Origin: Thermoplasmata archaeon
GTDB taxonomy: Archaea > Thermoplasmatota > Thermoplasmata > Lutacidiplasmatales > UBA184
Direction: 5' to 3'
Assembly: GCA_033854115.1 (NCBI GenBank)
Contig: JAWOKS010000020.1
Span: 1 to 60,994 of the forward strand
Length of the DNA stretch: 60,994 nucleotides
In this document: in pieces, positions 28,623-38,367 of the stretch
How positions within the stretch are numbered: position 1 is the first letter of the stretch
Layout: each line of letters opens with the position of its first letter
Made by a program: the position numbers and the translations under genes
Notes under the pieces: model-generated
Database searches by the model: none
What the model saw: the letters and a program-made list of their open reading frames with translations, nothing else
Told to the model about the DNA's origin: nothing

Positions 28623-30989
28623 GTGAACGCACGGCGTCGCGGGTTCGGGGCGCCTCAGCGGGCGCGGCGCGCACGGGCACGATGGGGGGCGATCCTCGCG
28701 GTGGGGCTCGCGATCCTGGTCGCCCTCCCGCTCCTTCCCGCCCGAGCGTGGGCCGGACCCGCGGCCACGGTGGCCGCTGCGCCGGCGACCTATGGGACCG
28801 GCGGCGACCTCCCCGGGTTCGCGAGCCGCGCCGGCTACTCGAGCACGTACGGTGCGATCGCCCGTGACGTGCATCCCGCGGTCGCGGAACGGACCGTGGA
28901 GCTCGTCTTCACCCGGCCGCTCGGCGCCCCCGAGCTCACCTCCGCCGAGAGCTATTTCCGGGCCGCGGGGCTCACGGCCGCGCCGTCCGCCCCGGGCCGG
29001 CTCGGCCTCACGCTCCACGGCGACACCCCCCACCTGGGCCGCGCGTTCGGTACGGTCCTGCTCTCCGGGACGCACGCCGGTCGACCGGTCGTCTTCCCCG
29101 GCGAACCCCCCTCGCTGCCCCCCTGGCTCGAGCCCGAGGTCGCGGGGGTCGTCGGGCTCAGCTCGGGGTTCACGTCGTTCTCGATCCAGCTGCACCCTGC
29201 CGCGCCCGGACCGGGAGGGTCGACCTCGCCGGCCGCCTCGGACGTCGTCACCCCGGCGCTCGCCCGGGAGTTCTACGGCTTCTCCCAGCTCTACAACCTC
29301 TCGGGCGGGGCCACCTATCCGACGAACCGCTCGATCGCAGTCGTCCTCTGGGGGGCGGGCTACGCCCCGAGCGACCTCGCGACCTTCTTCGCGCAGGACT
29401 ACCCCTCGTCGTTCCCGGCCCCCAACATCGTGCCCTACCCGGTCGCGGGCGCCCCCCTGCCCGGCCCGGGCGCGCTCTCGTCGCCGGACCAGCTCGCGGT
29501 CGAGGAGCTGACGCTCGACATCGAGTGGGCGGCCTCGATGGCGCCGGGCGCCACCATCGAGGCGGTCTACGCCCCGGACGGACCCGGTCCCACCTACAGC
29601 CCCTCGGACGCCGACCTCACCCTCGCGCTCGAGAAGGCGATCTCGCTCCACCCCTCGGCGATCTCGATGTCGTTCGGCACCATCGAAAGCTCCGACAGCG
29701 GGCTCGTCTCCTCCTGGACGGCGCTGCTCCAGGAGGCGCAGAGCGAGAAGATCACGGTCCTCGCGGCGACCGGCGACACCGGCGGGGATGTGAACGCGAC
29801 CTGCACGGGCGGCCCGGCGCCCCAGTATCCCGCCTCGTCGCCCCTCGTGATCGCGGTCGGGGGCACGAGCGTCACGATCAACCGCAACCCGATCACCGGG
29901 GCGGTGACGGGCTTCAGCGAGGACGCGTGGTCGGGGAGCGGCGGGGGGTTCTCGACCCAGTTCTCCGCCCCCGCCTGGCAGAAGGTCGGGAACGGCACGG
30001 AAGTGATCGCGGCGAACGGGCACCGGGGGATGCCGGACGTGAGCGCTTCCGCGGCGCTCGACTACCTCTACTACGACGGCGGCGCGACCCAGGCCCGGGG
30101 CACGAGCTTCGCGACCCCGCTCTGGGCCGGGCTCACGGCCGACCTCGATGCGAAGTGGAACCACTCGCTCGGGTTCTACACCGACCACCTCTACCACGTT
30201 GGGGCGAGCGAGCAGAGCGGGACGATCGGCCTCGGGCTCGCCGACATCACGAGCGGGAGCAACTGCGTCGCGGACGCGGGGGTGGGCTGGGACGCGGTCA
30301 CCGGCTGGGGCTCCCCCCGGGCCGCGATCCTCTACAACGACCTTCTCGGCTCGTTCGTCAACCTCACGCTCCAGGTCGACCGCTCGACCGTGATGCCCGG
30401 GGGGTCGGTGACGGTCTCCGTCGTCCTCGTGAACCGGACGAGCGGCGCCCCGATCCCGGACGTCGCGGTCGACCTCTCCCTCGCCGCCGACACGGGCCTC
30501 GGCCCGTGCACGGGGGTCTTCTCGTCCGCCTCGCCCCTCACGGACGCGGCGGGCGCGGCCAGCGCGCGCCTCGCGGTGCCGATCTGCTACCTCGGCTCGC
30601 ACGCCTGGGTCAACGCCTCGGTCTTCACCACGAAGCTCTACGGGACGAACTCGACCAAGATCGCGGTCAACCTCTTCGGGTTCGCGAAGGAGCTCGAGGT
30701 CCTGACCCGGCCTCCCTGGTCGTACGTCGGGTTCACGGCGATCGTCGGGCCGGCGATCGCTCTCGGCCTATGGCTCGGGCGCCGGAAGGGCCCGGCCGTG
30801 CTGGTGCCCCCGCCGCCTCCCGCTCCCGGGGTAGTCGTCCCCCCGGCCCCCGTGAGCTCGCCCCCTCCGACCTCCCCGTCCCCGCCCGCCGAGCCGTCCT
30901 CGCCGGGCGAGGCACCGGTGGGAGCGCCGGAGAATCCCTCGCCGGCGACCGTACCCCCGTCCTCACCTCCGACCGGCCCGGGCGACTGA
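28623..30989 (+). CDS. Secreted, membrane-anchored S53 (sedolisin) peptidase
   Basis: Arg-rich signal peptide, ELTLDIEW, ATGDTG, GSGGG, PDVS, GTSFATP, GWDAVTGWG; C-terminal TM and Pro-rich tail. Confidence 0.9.
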   Translation: MNARRRGFGAPQRARRARARWGAILAVGLAILVALPLLPARAWAGPAATVAAAPATYGTGGDLPGFASRAGYSSTYGAIARDVHPAVAERTVELVFTRPLGAPELTSAESYFRAAGLTAAPSAPGRLGLTLHGDTPHLGRAFGTVLLSGTHAGRPVVFPGEPPSLPPWLEPEVAGVVGLSSGFTSFSIQLHPAAPGPGGSTSPAASDVVTPALAREFYGFSQLYNLSGGATYPTNRSIAVVLWGAGYAPSDLATFFAQDYPSSFPAPNIVPYPVAGAPLPGPGALSSPDQLAVEELTLDIEWAASMAPGATIEAVYAPDGPGPTYSPSDADLTLALEKAISLHPSAISMSFGTIESSDSGLVSSWTALLQEAQSEKITVLAATGDTGGDVNATCTGGPAPQYPASSPLVIAVGGTSVTINRNPITGAVTGFSEDAWSGSGGGFSTQFSAPAWQKVGNGTEVIAANGHRGMPDVSASAALDYLYYDGGATQARGTSFATPLWAGLTADLDAKWNHSLGFYTDHLYHVGASEQSGTIGLGLADITSGSNCVADAGVGWDAVTGWGSPRAAILYNDLLGSFVNLTLQVDRSTVMPGGSVTVSVVLVNRTSGAPIPDVAVDLSLAADTGLGPCTGVFSSASPLTDAAGAASARLAVPICYLGSHAWVNASVFTTKLYGTNSTKIAVNLFGFAKELEVLTRPPWSYVGFTAIVGPAIALGLWLGRRKGPAVLVPPPPPAPGVVVPPAPVSSPPPTSPSPPAEPSSPGEAPVGAPENPSPATVPPSSPPTGPGD

Positions 30990-31083
30990 GCCCGAGCTCG
31001 GGACCTCGCGAGCCGCCTCCCCAAGGCGGCCGCCCGAGGACGCGGGGGATCGGGGGCGGACCGGCCGACCAAGTCTCTTAATC

Positions 31084-32631
31084 TTGCGCTTCCCTCGCGG
31101 CAATGTGCCCGGCGCATCGTCCGAGGAGCCGGACGGTGCGGCTCCGCTCACCCTGTCGGGGCCGGAACGTTCGGTGCTCGAGCTCCTCCGCACCGCACGC
31201 GACGCGCCGCTCGACGAGTCGGAGGTCGCGCGACGCACCGGCCTCCCGGACGATCAGGCGCGGGGGACCCTCCAGCGTCTGCGCTCAAAGCGGCTCGCCG
31301 TGGTGGAGGAGCGCCAGGAGGCCGTGCGCCACCTCACGCCGCGGGGCAAGCTCGCCCTCGAGCGCGGGCTCCCCGAGCGCCGGCTCGCGGACGCGATCGC
31401 GCGCGCGGGGTCGCTGAACCCCCAGGCCGTCGCCTCCACAGGGCTCGAGCCGGACGAGAGCTCGGCGGCGATCGGCATCCTGCGGCGGCGGGGCCTCCTC
31501 GAGGAAGGGGTCCCGCTCCGCCTCCGGCCGGGGGTCGCCCCGGGCGAGGTGGCGGCGGCCGACGAGCAGGTGCTCCGCGGGATCGCCGAGGGCGCCGCGC
31601 CCCTAGAGGGTCGGGCCGCCGAGATGCTCGAGCGGCGCGGGCTCGTCCGGGTCGATCGGGCCAGCCACAAGCGTTGGGCGCCTTCGGACGAGGGCGCTCG
31701 CCTCGTCCTCACGGCGGGGGCCGGTGATGCGATCGGGGCCCTCACCCCGAGCGTGCTCGCGAGCGGGAGCTGGAAGGCCCGCACGTTCCGCCCGTACGAC
31801 GTCCGGGCGAGCGTGCCGTTCGTCACGGGGGTCCGGCGGAACCCGTACGTCGCCTGGCTCGAGGAGTTCGAGGAGATCCTCGTCGGGCTCGGCTTCGAGG
31901 AGGCGGAGGGTCCGCTGCTCGAGACCGAGTTCTGGAACAACGACGTCCTGTTCATGCCGCAGGACCACCCGGCCCGCTCGATCCACGACGCGCTCGCGGT
32001 CGAAGGGGTCGAGGGCCACCTTCCGTCGCCGGAGCTCCTCGCCCGGGTCGCCGCGGCGCACGAGGGCCGGGCCCTTCCCGGGGAGACGGAGCCGATCGGT
32101 CCCGGCTGGGGCGGGACCTACGACACGGGCATCGCGCGTCGACCCGTCCTCCGCTCGCAGACGACCGCGGTCAGCGCCCGCTACCTCGCCCGCCGGCCCC
32201 GCCCGCCGTTCCGGGTCTACTCGGTCGACCGGAACTTCCGACGCGAGAGCGTCGACGCGAAGCACCACCTCGAATTCCACCAGTCCGAGGGGATCGTCGG
32301 GGCCGAGGGGATGAACGTCCGCCACCTCATCGGTCTGTTCCGCGAGCTCGCCGAGTCGATCGGGATCCGCGAGCTCAAGATCCGCCCGAGCTACTTCCCC
32401 TTCACCGAGCCGTCGGTCGAGGGGTACGTCCGGCACCCGCGCCTCGGCTGGATGGAGGTCTTCCCGGGGGGCCTCTTCCGTCCCGAGGTCCTCCGACCGC
32501 TCGGCATCGACGTGCCGGTCCTGGCCTGGGGGGTGGGGATCACGCGGCTCGCAATGGTCGCGCTCGGCTGCAACGACATCCGCGAGCTGTTCGGGGACGA
32601 CCTCGGGGAGCTGCGGGGGGCGGGTCCCTAG
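31084..32631 (+). CDS. pheS: Phenylalanine--tRNA ligase alpha subunit (archaeal long form)
   Basis: FWNNDVLFMPQDHPAR, LRSQTT, NFRRE, EFHQ, YFPFTEPS, GLFRPEV; start may be GTG 31105. Confidence 0.95.
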   Translation: MRFPRGNVPGASSEEPDGAAPLTLSGPERSVLELLRTARDAPLDESEVARRTGLPDDQARGTLQRLRSKRLAVVEERQEAVRHLTPRGKLALERGLPERRLADAIARAGSLNPQAVASTGLEPDESSAAIGILRRRGLLEEGVPLRLRPGVAPGEVAAADEQVLRGIAEGAAPLEGRAAEMLERRGLVRVDRASHKRWAPSDEGARLVLTAGAGDAIGALTPSVLASGSWKARTFRPYDVRASVPFVTGVRRNPYVAWLEEFEEILVGLGFEEAEGPLLETEFWNNDVLFMPQDHPARSIHDALAVEGVEGHLPSPELLARVAAAHEGRALPGETEPIGPGWGGTYDTGIARRPVLRSQTTAVSARYLARRPRPPFRVYSVDRNFRRESVDAKHHLEFHQSEGIVGAEGMNVRHLIGLFRELAESIGIRELKIRPSYFPFTEPSVEGYVRHPRLGWMEVFPGGLFRPEVLRPLGIDVPVLAWGVGITRLAMVALGCNDIRELFGDDLGELRGAGP

Positions 32632-32633
32632 CC

Positions 32634-34328
32634 GTGCCGCGCTCCAACCTTTCCGCGGGCCGCGTGCTCGAGCTCCTCGGGCGCCCGGTGAGCCCGGAGG
32701 AGCTCGAGGCGCTCCTCTTCTCGTCGAAGGCCGAGCTCGAGGGCCGGACCGACGAGGCGCTCGACCTCTCGGTGACGCCGGACCGTCTCGACCTCCTCGA
32801 CGAGGGCGGCCTCGCGCTCGACCTCGCCGGCGCGCTCGGCGCGGCGCGTGGTGGCGCGCGTCTCCGGCGCGGCCGCCCGTCGGCCCGGGGGCTGAGCTTC
32901 CTGGTCGATGCCTCGGTGGAGCCGCTCCGGCCGTCGATCGCCGGGGTCGTGGTCCGCGCTCCGGCGGGCCGCCCGCTCGACGAGGGCCTGCTCACCGAGG
33001 TCGTCCGGTTCCAGGAGGTCCTCCACGCGAGCGTGGGCCGCGACCGGCGGGCGATGAGTCTCGGGATCTATCCCGCCGCCCGCCTGCGGGGTCCGATCCG
33101 GTACGCGCTCGAGCCGCTCGACTCGGTGAGCTTCGTCCCCCTCGAGGGGGACGCCGAGGTCCCGGCGGCCCGGTTCTTCACCGAGCACCCGCTCGCGGCC
33201 CGCTACGGCGCCCTCGGCCGCACCGGGGACCGCTGCCTCACGCTGCGCGACGCGAGGGGCGAGATCCTCAGCCTCCCGCCGGTCCTCAACAGCCGGACAT
33301 CCGGCCAGGCGACGCCGGGGAACCGGGTCCTGCTCCTCGAGTCGACCGGGACGAGGCCCCGAGCCGTCCGGGAAGGTCTCGGGCTCTTGCTCGTCGCCTT
33401 CGCCGCCCGAGGTTGGTCGGTCCGACCCGTCCCGCGCGTGGGTCCCGGCGACCGGGCCGATGACGGGACGTCGGTCCTCGCGGACCGACCGGTCGACCTC
33501 TCCGCCTCGACGCTGCGGGGGATCACCGGCGAGGACCTCCGGTCCGCGGAGGTGGTCGACCGCCTGGCCCGTGCGCGCCTCTCGGCCCGTCGCGTGCGGG
33601 GAGGGTGGCGGGTCGGGGCCCCTCCCTGGCGGCCGGACCTCCTCGCGGCCGTGGACGTCGCGGAGGAGGTGGTGCTGCACGGGGGCCTTCGCGTCGACGC
33701 CGGGGTGGTGCCAGCGAGCCCGACCCATGGACGTCGAAGGGCCGAGGCGATCTTCCGGCGGCGCGTGAGCGAGCTCCTCCTCGGGCTCGGGTTCGCCGAG
33801 CCGCACACGCCGTTCCTCGTGAGCGAGGCGACCGTCGAACGCCTGGGCGGGCCACCCCCGATCAAGCTCGCGAACCCGGTCTCCCGTGAGTTCGCCTTCC
33901 TGCGCGACCGGCTGCTCCCGTCGCATCTCGACGTGCTCGCGAAGAACACGCGGCACGGCTACCCCCAGCGGTTCGCCGAGGTCGCTCCTGTGGTCGTCCG
34001 CGCCCCGATCGCGGAGGCCGGGGGCGAGACGCGGTACCGGGCCGGCGGCCTCATCGCGGGCGAGGGGGCGGGGTTCGCCGACGCGGCGGCGACGGTCGAC
34101 TACCTCTTGCGGACCCTCGACGTCGGCTCCGTCCGCGAGCCGGCGGAACTTCCCGGCACGATCCCGGGCCGCGCGGCGCGCTACCGGGTCGCCGGCGAGA
34201 CGGTGGCGGAGGTCGGCGAGCTCCACCCGCGTCTCCTCGCGGAGCTCGGCGTGCCGGTGCCGGCAGCCTGGGCCGAGGTCGACCTCACGGCCCTCTGGCC
34301 CCTCGCCGCCCGCCGCGACACGCGTTAA
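32634..34328 (+). CDS. pheT: Phenylalanine--tRNA ligase beta subunit
   Basis: TPDRLDLL, LSLPPVLNS, PPWRPDLL..VDVAEEV, NPVS, GELHP; follows pheS. Confidence 0.92.
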   Translation: MPRSNLSAGRVLELLGRPVSPEELEALLFSSKAELEGRTDEALDLSVTPDRLDLLDEGGLALDLAGALGAARGGARLRRGRPSARGLSFLVDASVEPLRPSIAGVVVRAPAGRPLDEGLLTEVVRFQEVLHASVGRDRRAMSLGIYPAARLRGPIRYALEPLDSVSFVPLEGDAEVPAARFFTEHPLAARYGALGRTGDRCLTLRDARGEILSLPPVLNSRTSGQATPGNRVLLLESTGTRPRAVREGLGLLLVAFAARGWSVRPVPRVGPGDRADDGTSVLADRPVDLSASTLRGITGEDLRSAEVVDRLARARLSARRVRGGWRVGAPPWRPDLLAAVDVAEEVVLHGGLRVDAGVVPASPTHGRRRAEAIFRRRVSELLLGLGFAEPHTPFLVSEATVERLGGPPPIKLANPVSREFAFLRDRLLPSHLDVLAKNTRHGYPQRFAEVAPVVVRAPIAEAGGETRYRAGGLIAGEGAGFADAAATVDYLLRTLDVGSVREPAELPGTIPGRAARYRVAGETVAEVGELHPRLLAELGVPVPAAWAEVDLTALWPLAARRDTR

Positions 34329-34351
34329 TATCGCCCCCCGGTAGACGGCCG

Positions 34352-36028
34352 ATGGTCCGGTCCCGACGTCACGTGTCGCCCGACGCCGCCCGTCGTGCGT
34401 GGGAGGAGGGGGCGCACCGCGCGATCGGCGAGAAGGCCCACGGGGGCCGCATCCCGCTCCTCGTGGGTCCGCCGGACGACCCGACGGCGACGTACCTCGA
34501 GGGGCTCGGGTTTCCGGGCGAGGCGCCGTTCACCCGGGGGATCCACCCGACGATGTACCGCGGGCGCCTCTGGACGCTCCGCCAGTACTCCGGCTTCGGC
34601 AGCGCGGAAGCGACGAACCGGCGCTTCCACTTCCTCCTGAAGGGAGGGCAGACGGGCCTCTCGGTCGCCTTCGACCTCCCGACGCAGAACGGCTACGACC
34701 CGGACCACCCGAAGGCGCACGGCGAGGTCGGACGGTGCGGGGTCCCGATCTCGTCGCTCGGGGACCTGCGGACCCTCGTCCGGGGCCTCCCGCTCGGCGA
34801 CGTGACGGTCTCGATGACGATCAACGCGACGGCGCCGATCCTCGTCCCGCTCCTCGTCGCGGCCGCGGAGGAGCAGGGCGTCCCTCGCGCCCGGCTCGCC
34901 GGGACGGTCCAGAACGACATCCTGAAGGAGTACGTCGCCCGCGGGACGTACATCTACCCGCCCGCCGCGTCGATGCGGCTCGCGGTCGACCTCATCGAGT
35001 TCGCGACGCGCGAGATGCCCCAGTGGAACACGATCTCCGTTTCGGGCTACCACCTCCGGGAGGCCGGGGCGACCGCCGCGCAGGAGGTCGCCTTCACGAT
35101 CGCGAACGCCATCGCCTACGTCCGCGCGGTCCAGGCCCGGGGCCTCGACGTCGACGAGTTCCTGCCCCGGATCTCGTTCTTCTTCTCGGCCGACATCCGC
35201 CTCCTCGAGGAGATCGCGAAGTACCGCGCCGCCCGGCGCCTCTGGGCGCGTGTCGTCCGCACGACGTTCGGGAGCCGCCGCGCGCGCTCGCAGCAGCTGC
35301 GCTTCCACGTCCAGACCGCCGGCTCGAGCCTCACCGCCCAGCAGCCCGAGCTCAACGTCGTCCGGACGACCCTCGAGGCGCTCGCCGCCGTCCTCGGCGG
35401 GGGCCAGTCGCTCCACACGAACGCGCTCGACGAGGCGATCGGCCTCCCGACGGAGGCGTCCGCCCGGCTCGCGCTCCGGACCCAGCAGATCCTCGCCGAG
35501 GAGTCGGGCGTGCCGAACACGGTCGACCCGCTCGGCGGCGCCTACGCGATCGAGCACCTCACCGACCAGCTCGAGCGCGAGGCCGACGAGTACCTCGCGC
35601 GCATCGAGGAGATGGGCGGGGCGCTCGCGGCGGTCGACCGCGGGTTCTTCGCCTCCGAGATCGCCCGGGAGGCCTACCGCGTCGCCCGGGCCCGGGACGC
35701 CGGCGCCGAGATCGTCGTCGGGGTCAACGCCTTCGGCGAGGGGAACCCCGATTTCGCGCTGTTCGGGCCGCACGGGCGCGGGGTCCGCGCCGAGCGGATC
35801 CCGAAGGGCGAGGAGGGCCGCCAGATCGCGCGCGTCCGCCGCTGGCGCCGCGCGCGGGACGCCTCCCAGGTCCGCGACGCGCTCGAGCGGCTCCGTGCGG
35901 CGAGCCGGGGCACGGAGAACGTCGTGCCGTCGGTCCTGGCGGCCGTGAAGGCCGGCGCGACCCTCGGGGAGGTCGCCGACGTCTGGCGCGAGCTCTTCGG
36001 CGAGCAACCGCCTTCGCGGGCGTTCTAG
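34352..36028 (+). CDS. Methylmalonyl-CoA mutase, large (substrate-binding) subunit
   Basis: PFTRG, WTLRQYSGF, GLSVAFDLPT, TVQNDILKEY, SGYHLREAG, SLHTN; no B12-binding DxHxxG domain. Confidence 0.93.
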   Translation: MVRSRRHVSPDAARRAWEEGAHRAIGEKAHGGRIPLLVGPPDDPTATYLEGLGFPGEAPFTRGIHPTMYRGRLWTLRQYSGFGSAEATNRRFHFLLKGGQTGLSVAFDLPTQNGYDPDHPKAHGEVGRCGVPISSLGDLRTLVRGLPLGDVTVSMTINATAPILVPLLVAAAEEQGVPRARLAGTVQNDILKEYVARGTYIYPPAASMRLAVDLIEFATREMPQWNTISVSGYHLREAGATAAQEVAFTIANAIAYVRAVQARGLDVDEFLPRISFFFSADIRLLEEIAKYRAARRLWARVVRTTFGSRRARSQQLRFHVQTAGSSLTAQQPELNVVRTTLEALAAVLGGGQSLHTNALDEAIGLPTEASARLALRTQQILAEESGVPNTVDPLGGAYAIEHLTDQLEREADEYLARIEEMGGALAAVDRGFFASEIAREAYRVARARDAGAEIVVGVNAFGEGNPDFALFGPHGRGVRAERIPKGEEGRQIARVRRWRRARDASQVRDALERLRAASRGTENVVPSVLAAVKAGATLGEVADVWRELFGEQPPSRAF

Positions 36029-36039
36029 GAGGGACGGCG

Positions 36040-36435
36040 ACGGAGCTCGATCACCTCGGTCTCGCGGTCGCCGACCTCCGCGGGGCGCTCGAGCGCTGGC
36101 GCCCGCTCGTCGGGGAGCCGGACGGCCCCCCCGAGGAGGTCCCGGGCCAGGGCGTCCGCGTTGCGTTCCTGAGCGCGGGTGGTGTGCACCTCGAGCTCCT
36201 CGAGCCGACGTCGCCCGAGTCGGCGGTCGGCCGGTTCCTCGAGCGGCGGGGCGAGGGGCTCCACCATCTCGCGTTCCGCGTCCCGAGCGTCGACCGGGCC
36301 CTCGCGGAACTCCTGGCGCGCGGCGAGCGGGTCGTCGACCGCGCGGCCCGGCCGGGGGCGCGGGGCCGGAAGGTCGGCTTCGCCCACCCGTCCGCGTTCG
36401 GCGGGGTCCTCGTCGAGTTCGTGGAGGGCCCGTGA
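36040..36435 (+). CDS. mce: Methylmalonyl-CoA epimerase (VOC family); start codon non-canonical or uncertain
   Basis: LDHLGLAV, LELLEP, FLERRGEGLHHLAF, FAHPSAFGGVLVEF; 3' end of ORF 34399..36435. Confidence 0.85.
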   Translation, partial: TELDHLGLAVADLRGALERWRPLVGEPDGPPEEVPGQGVRVAFLSAGGVHLELLEPTSPESAVGRFLERRGEGLHHLAFRVPSVDRALAELLARGERVVDRAARPGARGRKVGFAHPSAFGGVLVEFVEGP

Positions 36436-37643
36436 GCCGGCTCGCCGGGCTCGAGCTCGCGCCGATCTTCGACAGCCGCGGCCAGCGCACGGTCGAGGCG
36501 ACCGTCGTGCTCTCCTCGGGGGCGCGCGGCTCGGCGGGGGCCCCGAGCGGGGCGAGCACCGGCCGCCACGAGGCCCGCGCGTTCCCCGCGGGTGGGGTCG
36601 ACGGGGCGCTGCGGGAGTTCCGCGAGCGCGTCCGTCCGAAGCTCCTCGGGGGCCCGGCCGAGCTCGCGGCGGTCGACGCGGCCCTGCGGGCCGCCGACGG
36701 CTCGCCCGACTTCTCCGTCATCGGGGGCAACACCGCGACCGCGATCTCGCTCGCCACCGCGCTCGCGGTGGCGGAGGAGACCCACCGCCCCCTCTGGAGG
36801 ATCCTCGCCCGCCCCGGGGTCGACGGCCGCGCCTTCCCCGCGATCGTCGGCAACTGCCTGAACGGCGGCCGCCACGCGATCGGGGGGCCGGACCTCCAGG
36901 AGTTCCACGCGGTCGCCCACGGGGACCGGCCCGAGGCGTCGGTCGCCGCCGCGCTCCGGGTCCACACGCTCGTCGGCGAGGCGCTCCGCGCCCGATGGCC
37001 GAACGCGTCGCTCGGACGGGGCGACGAGGGCGGGTGGGTCGCGCCGGTCTCGAACGTGGAGGGGATCGAGCTCCTGCGCGCGGCGTGCGACCGCGCGCGC
37101 GACGAGCTCAAGACGGACGTCCGTCCCGGCCTCGACCTCGCCGCGAGCGAGTTCTTCCGCGACGGCCGCTACCGCTACCGCGACCAGACGCTCGACGCCG
37201 AGGGCCAGATCGGCTTCGTCGCGGGCCTCGTCGACCGCTACGGACTCGCGTACGTCGAGGACCCGTTCGACGAGGAGGCGTTCGGCCCGTTCGCGGAGCT
37301 CACCCGCCAGGTCGGCGATCGCGCGCTCGTCGTCGGGGACGACCTCTACGTCACCCAGGCCGAGCGGCTGCGCCGGGGCCTCGCCGAGCGGTCGAGCAAC
37401 GGGATCCTCATCAAGGTCAACCAGGTCGGGACCCTCACGGAGACGCTCGCGACCGTCGACCTCGCCCGGTCCGGGGGGCTCGCGACCGTGACGAGCCACC
37501 GCTCGGGCGACCTCCCGGAAGGGTGGCTCGCGCACCTCGCGCTCGCGAGCGGGGCCTCGGGCCTGAAGTGCGGGCTTCTCGGCGGAGAGCGGGTGGCAAA
37601 GCTAAATGAACTCCTGCGGCTCGGCCGCGCCGTCCTCACCTAG
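36432..37643 (+). CDS. eno: Enolase
   Basis: DSRG..TVEA, PSGASTG..EA, NGG.HA, QEF, GDEGG, EDPF, GDDL, IKVNQ.GTLTE, SHRSG. Confidence 0.92.
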   Translation: MSRLAGLELAPIFDSRGQRTVEATVVLSSGARGSAGAPSGASTGRHEARAFPAGGVDGALREFRERVRPKLLGGPAELAAVDAALRAADGSPDFSVIGGNTATAISLATALAVAEETHRPLWRILARPGVDGRAFPAIVGNCLNGGRHAIGGPDLQEFHAVAHGDRPEASVAAALRVHTLVGEALRARWPNASLGRGDEGGWVAPVSNVEGIELLRAACDRARDELKTDVRPGLDLAASEFFRDGRYRYRDQTLDAEGQIGFVAGLVDRYGLAYVEDPFDEEAFGPFAELTRQVGDRALVVGDDLYVTQAERLRRGLAERSSNGILIKVNQVGTLTETLATVDLARSGGLATVTSHRSGDLPEGWLAHLALASGASGLKCGLLGGERVAKLNELLRLGRAVLT

Positions 37644-37647
37644 TGCG

Positions 37648-38304
37648 ATGCCCGACGACGAGGTCCTGACCGAGGAGCGGCCGGCCCCGGCCGACGGGCA
37701 GGACATCCGGCCGGGCGAGCTCCTGATCCCCGAGGACACCTACCTCACGAGCGGCGTGCACATCGGCACGCAGCAGAAGTCGGCGTCGATGCGCCGCTTC
37801 GTCTTCAAGGTCCGCTTCGACGGGTTGCACGTCCTCGATGTCCGCGAGACCGACCGGCGCATCCGCCTCGCCGCGAAGTTCCTCGCGAGGCTGCCGCCGG
37901 AGCGAGTCCTCGCGGTCTCCCAGCGCCAGTACGGCCAAAAGCCGGTCCGGATCTTCGCGAAGGCGACCGGGGCCGTCTCGTTCGCCGAGCGGTTCGTCCC
38001 GGGCTGCCTCACGAACCCGAACCTTCCCGAGTACTTCGAGCCGAAGGTCCTCGTGGTCACGGACCCCGCGACCGACCAGCAAGCCCTCAGCGAGGCCGTC
38101 TCGATCGGGATCCCGGTCGTCGGGCTCTGCGACGTGAACAACGAGACGCGGAACGTCGACCTGGTCGTCCCCGCGAACAACAAGGGGCGCGTCGCCCTCG
38201 CGACCGTCTACTGGCTCCTCGCGCGGGAGGTCCTGCGCGCGCGCGCGAACACGCCCGAGGTCGAGTTCCCGCTCACGATCGAGGACTTCCAGGCCGCGCT
38301 CTAG
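37648..38304 (+). CDS. rps2: 30S ribosomal protein S2
   Basis: YLTSGVHIGTQ, RFVPG.LTNP, TDP..D.QA..EA, PANNKG. Confidence 0.95.
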   Translation: MPDDEVLTEERPAPADGQDIRPGELLIPEDTYLTSGVHIGTQQKSASMRRFVFKVRFDGLHVLDVRETDRRIRLAAKFLARLPPERVLAVSQRQYGQKPVRIFAKATGAVSFAERFVPGCLTNPNLPEYFEPKVLVVTDPATDQQALSEAVSIGIPVVGLCDVNNETRNVDLVVPANNKGRVALATVYWLLAREVLRARANTPEVEFPLTIEDFQAAL

Positions 38305-38367
38305 GCCCCGCGGGCGCGCGCACGACCGGCCACGAACCGTCTTATCGGCTCGCGCGGTGAAGCTAGC

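Noticed and set aside
27087-30602. 1171-aa minus-strand ORF and similar long antisense ORFs (3366-5588, 34325-37111, 37636-40377, 42468-44834)
   Set aside because: They mirror well-supported genes, have no motifs, and reflect stop-codon scarcity.
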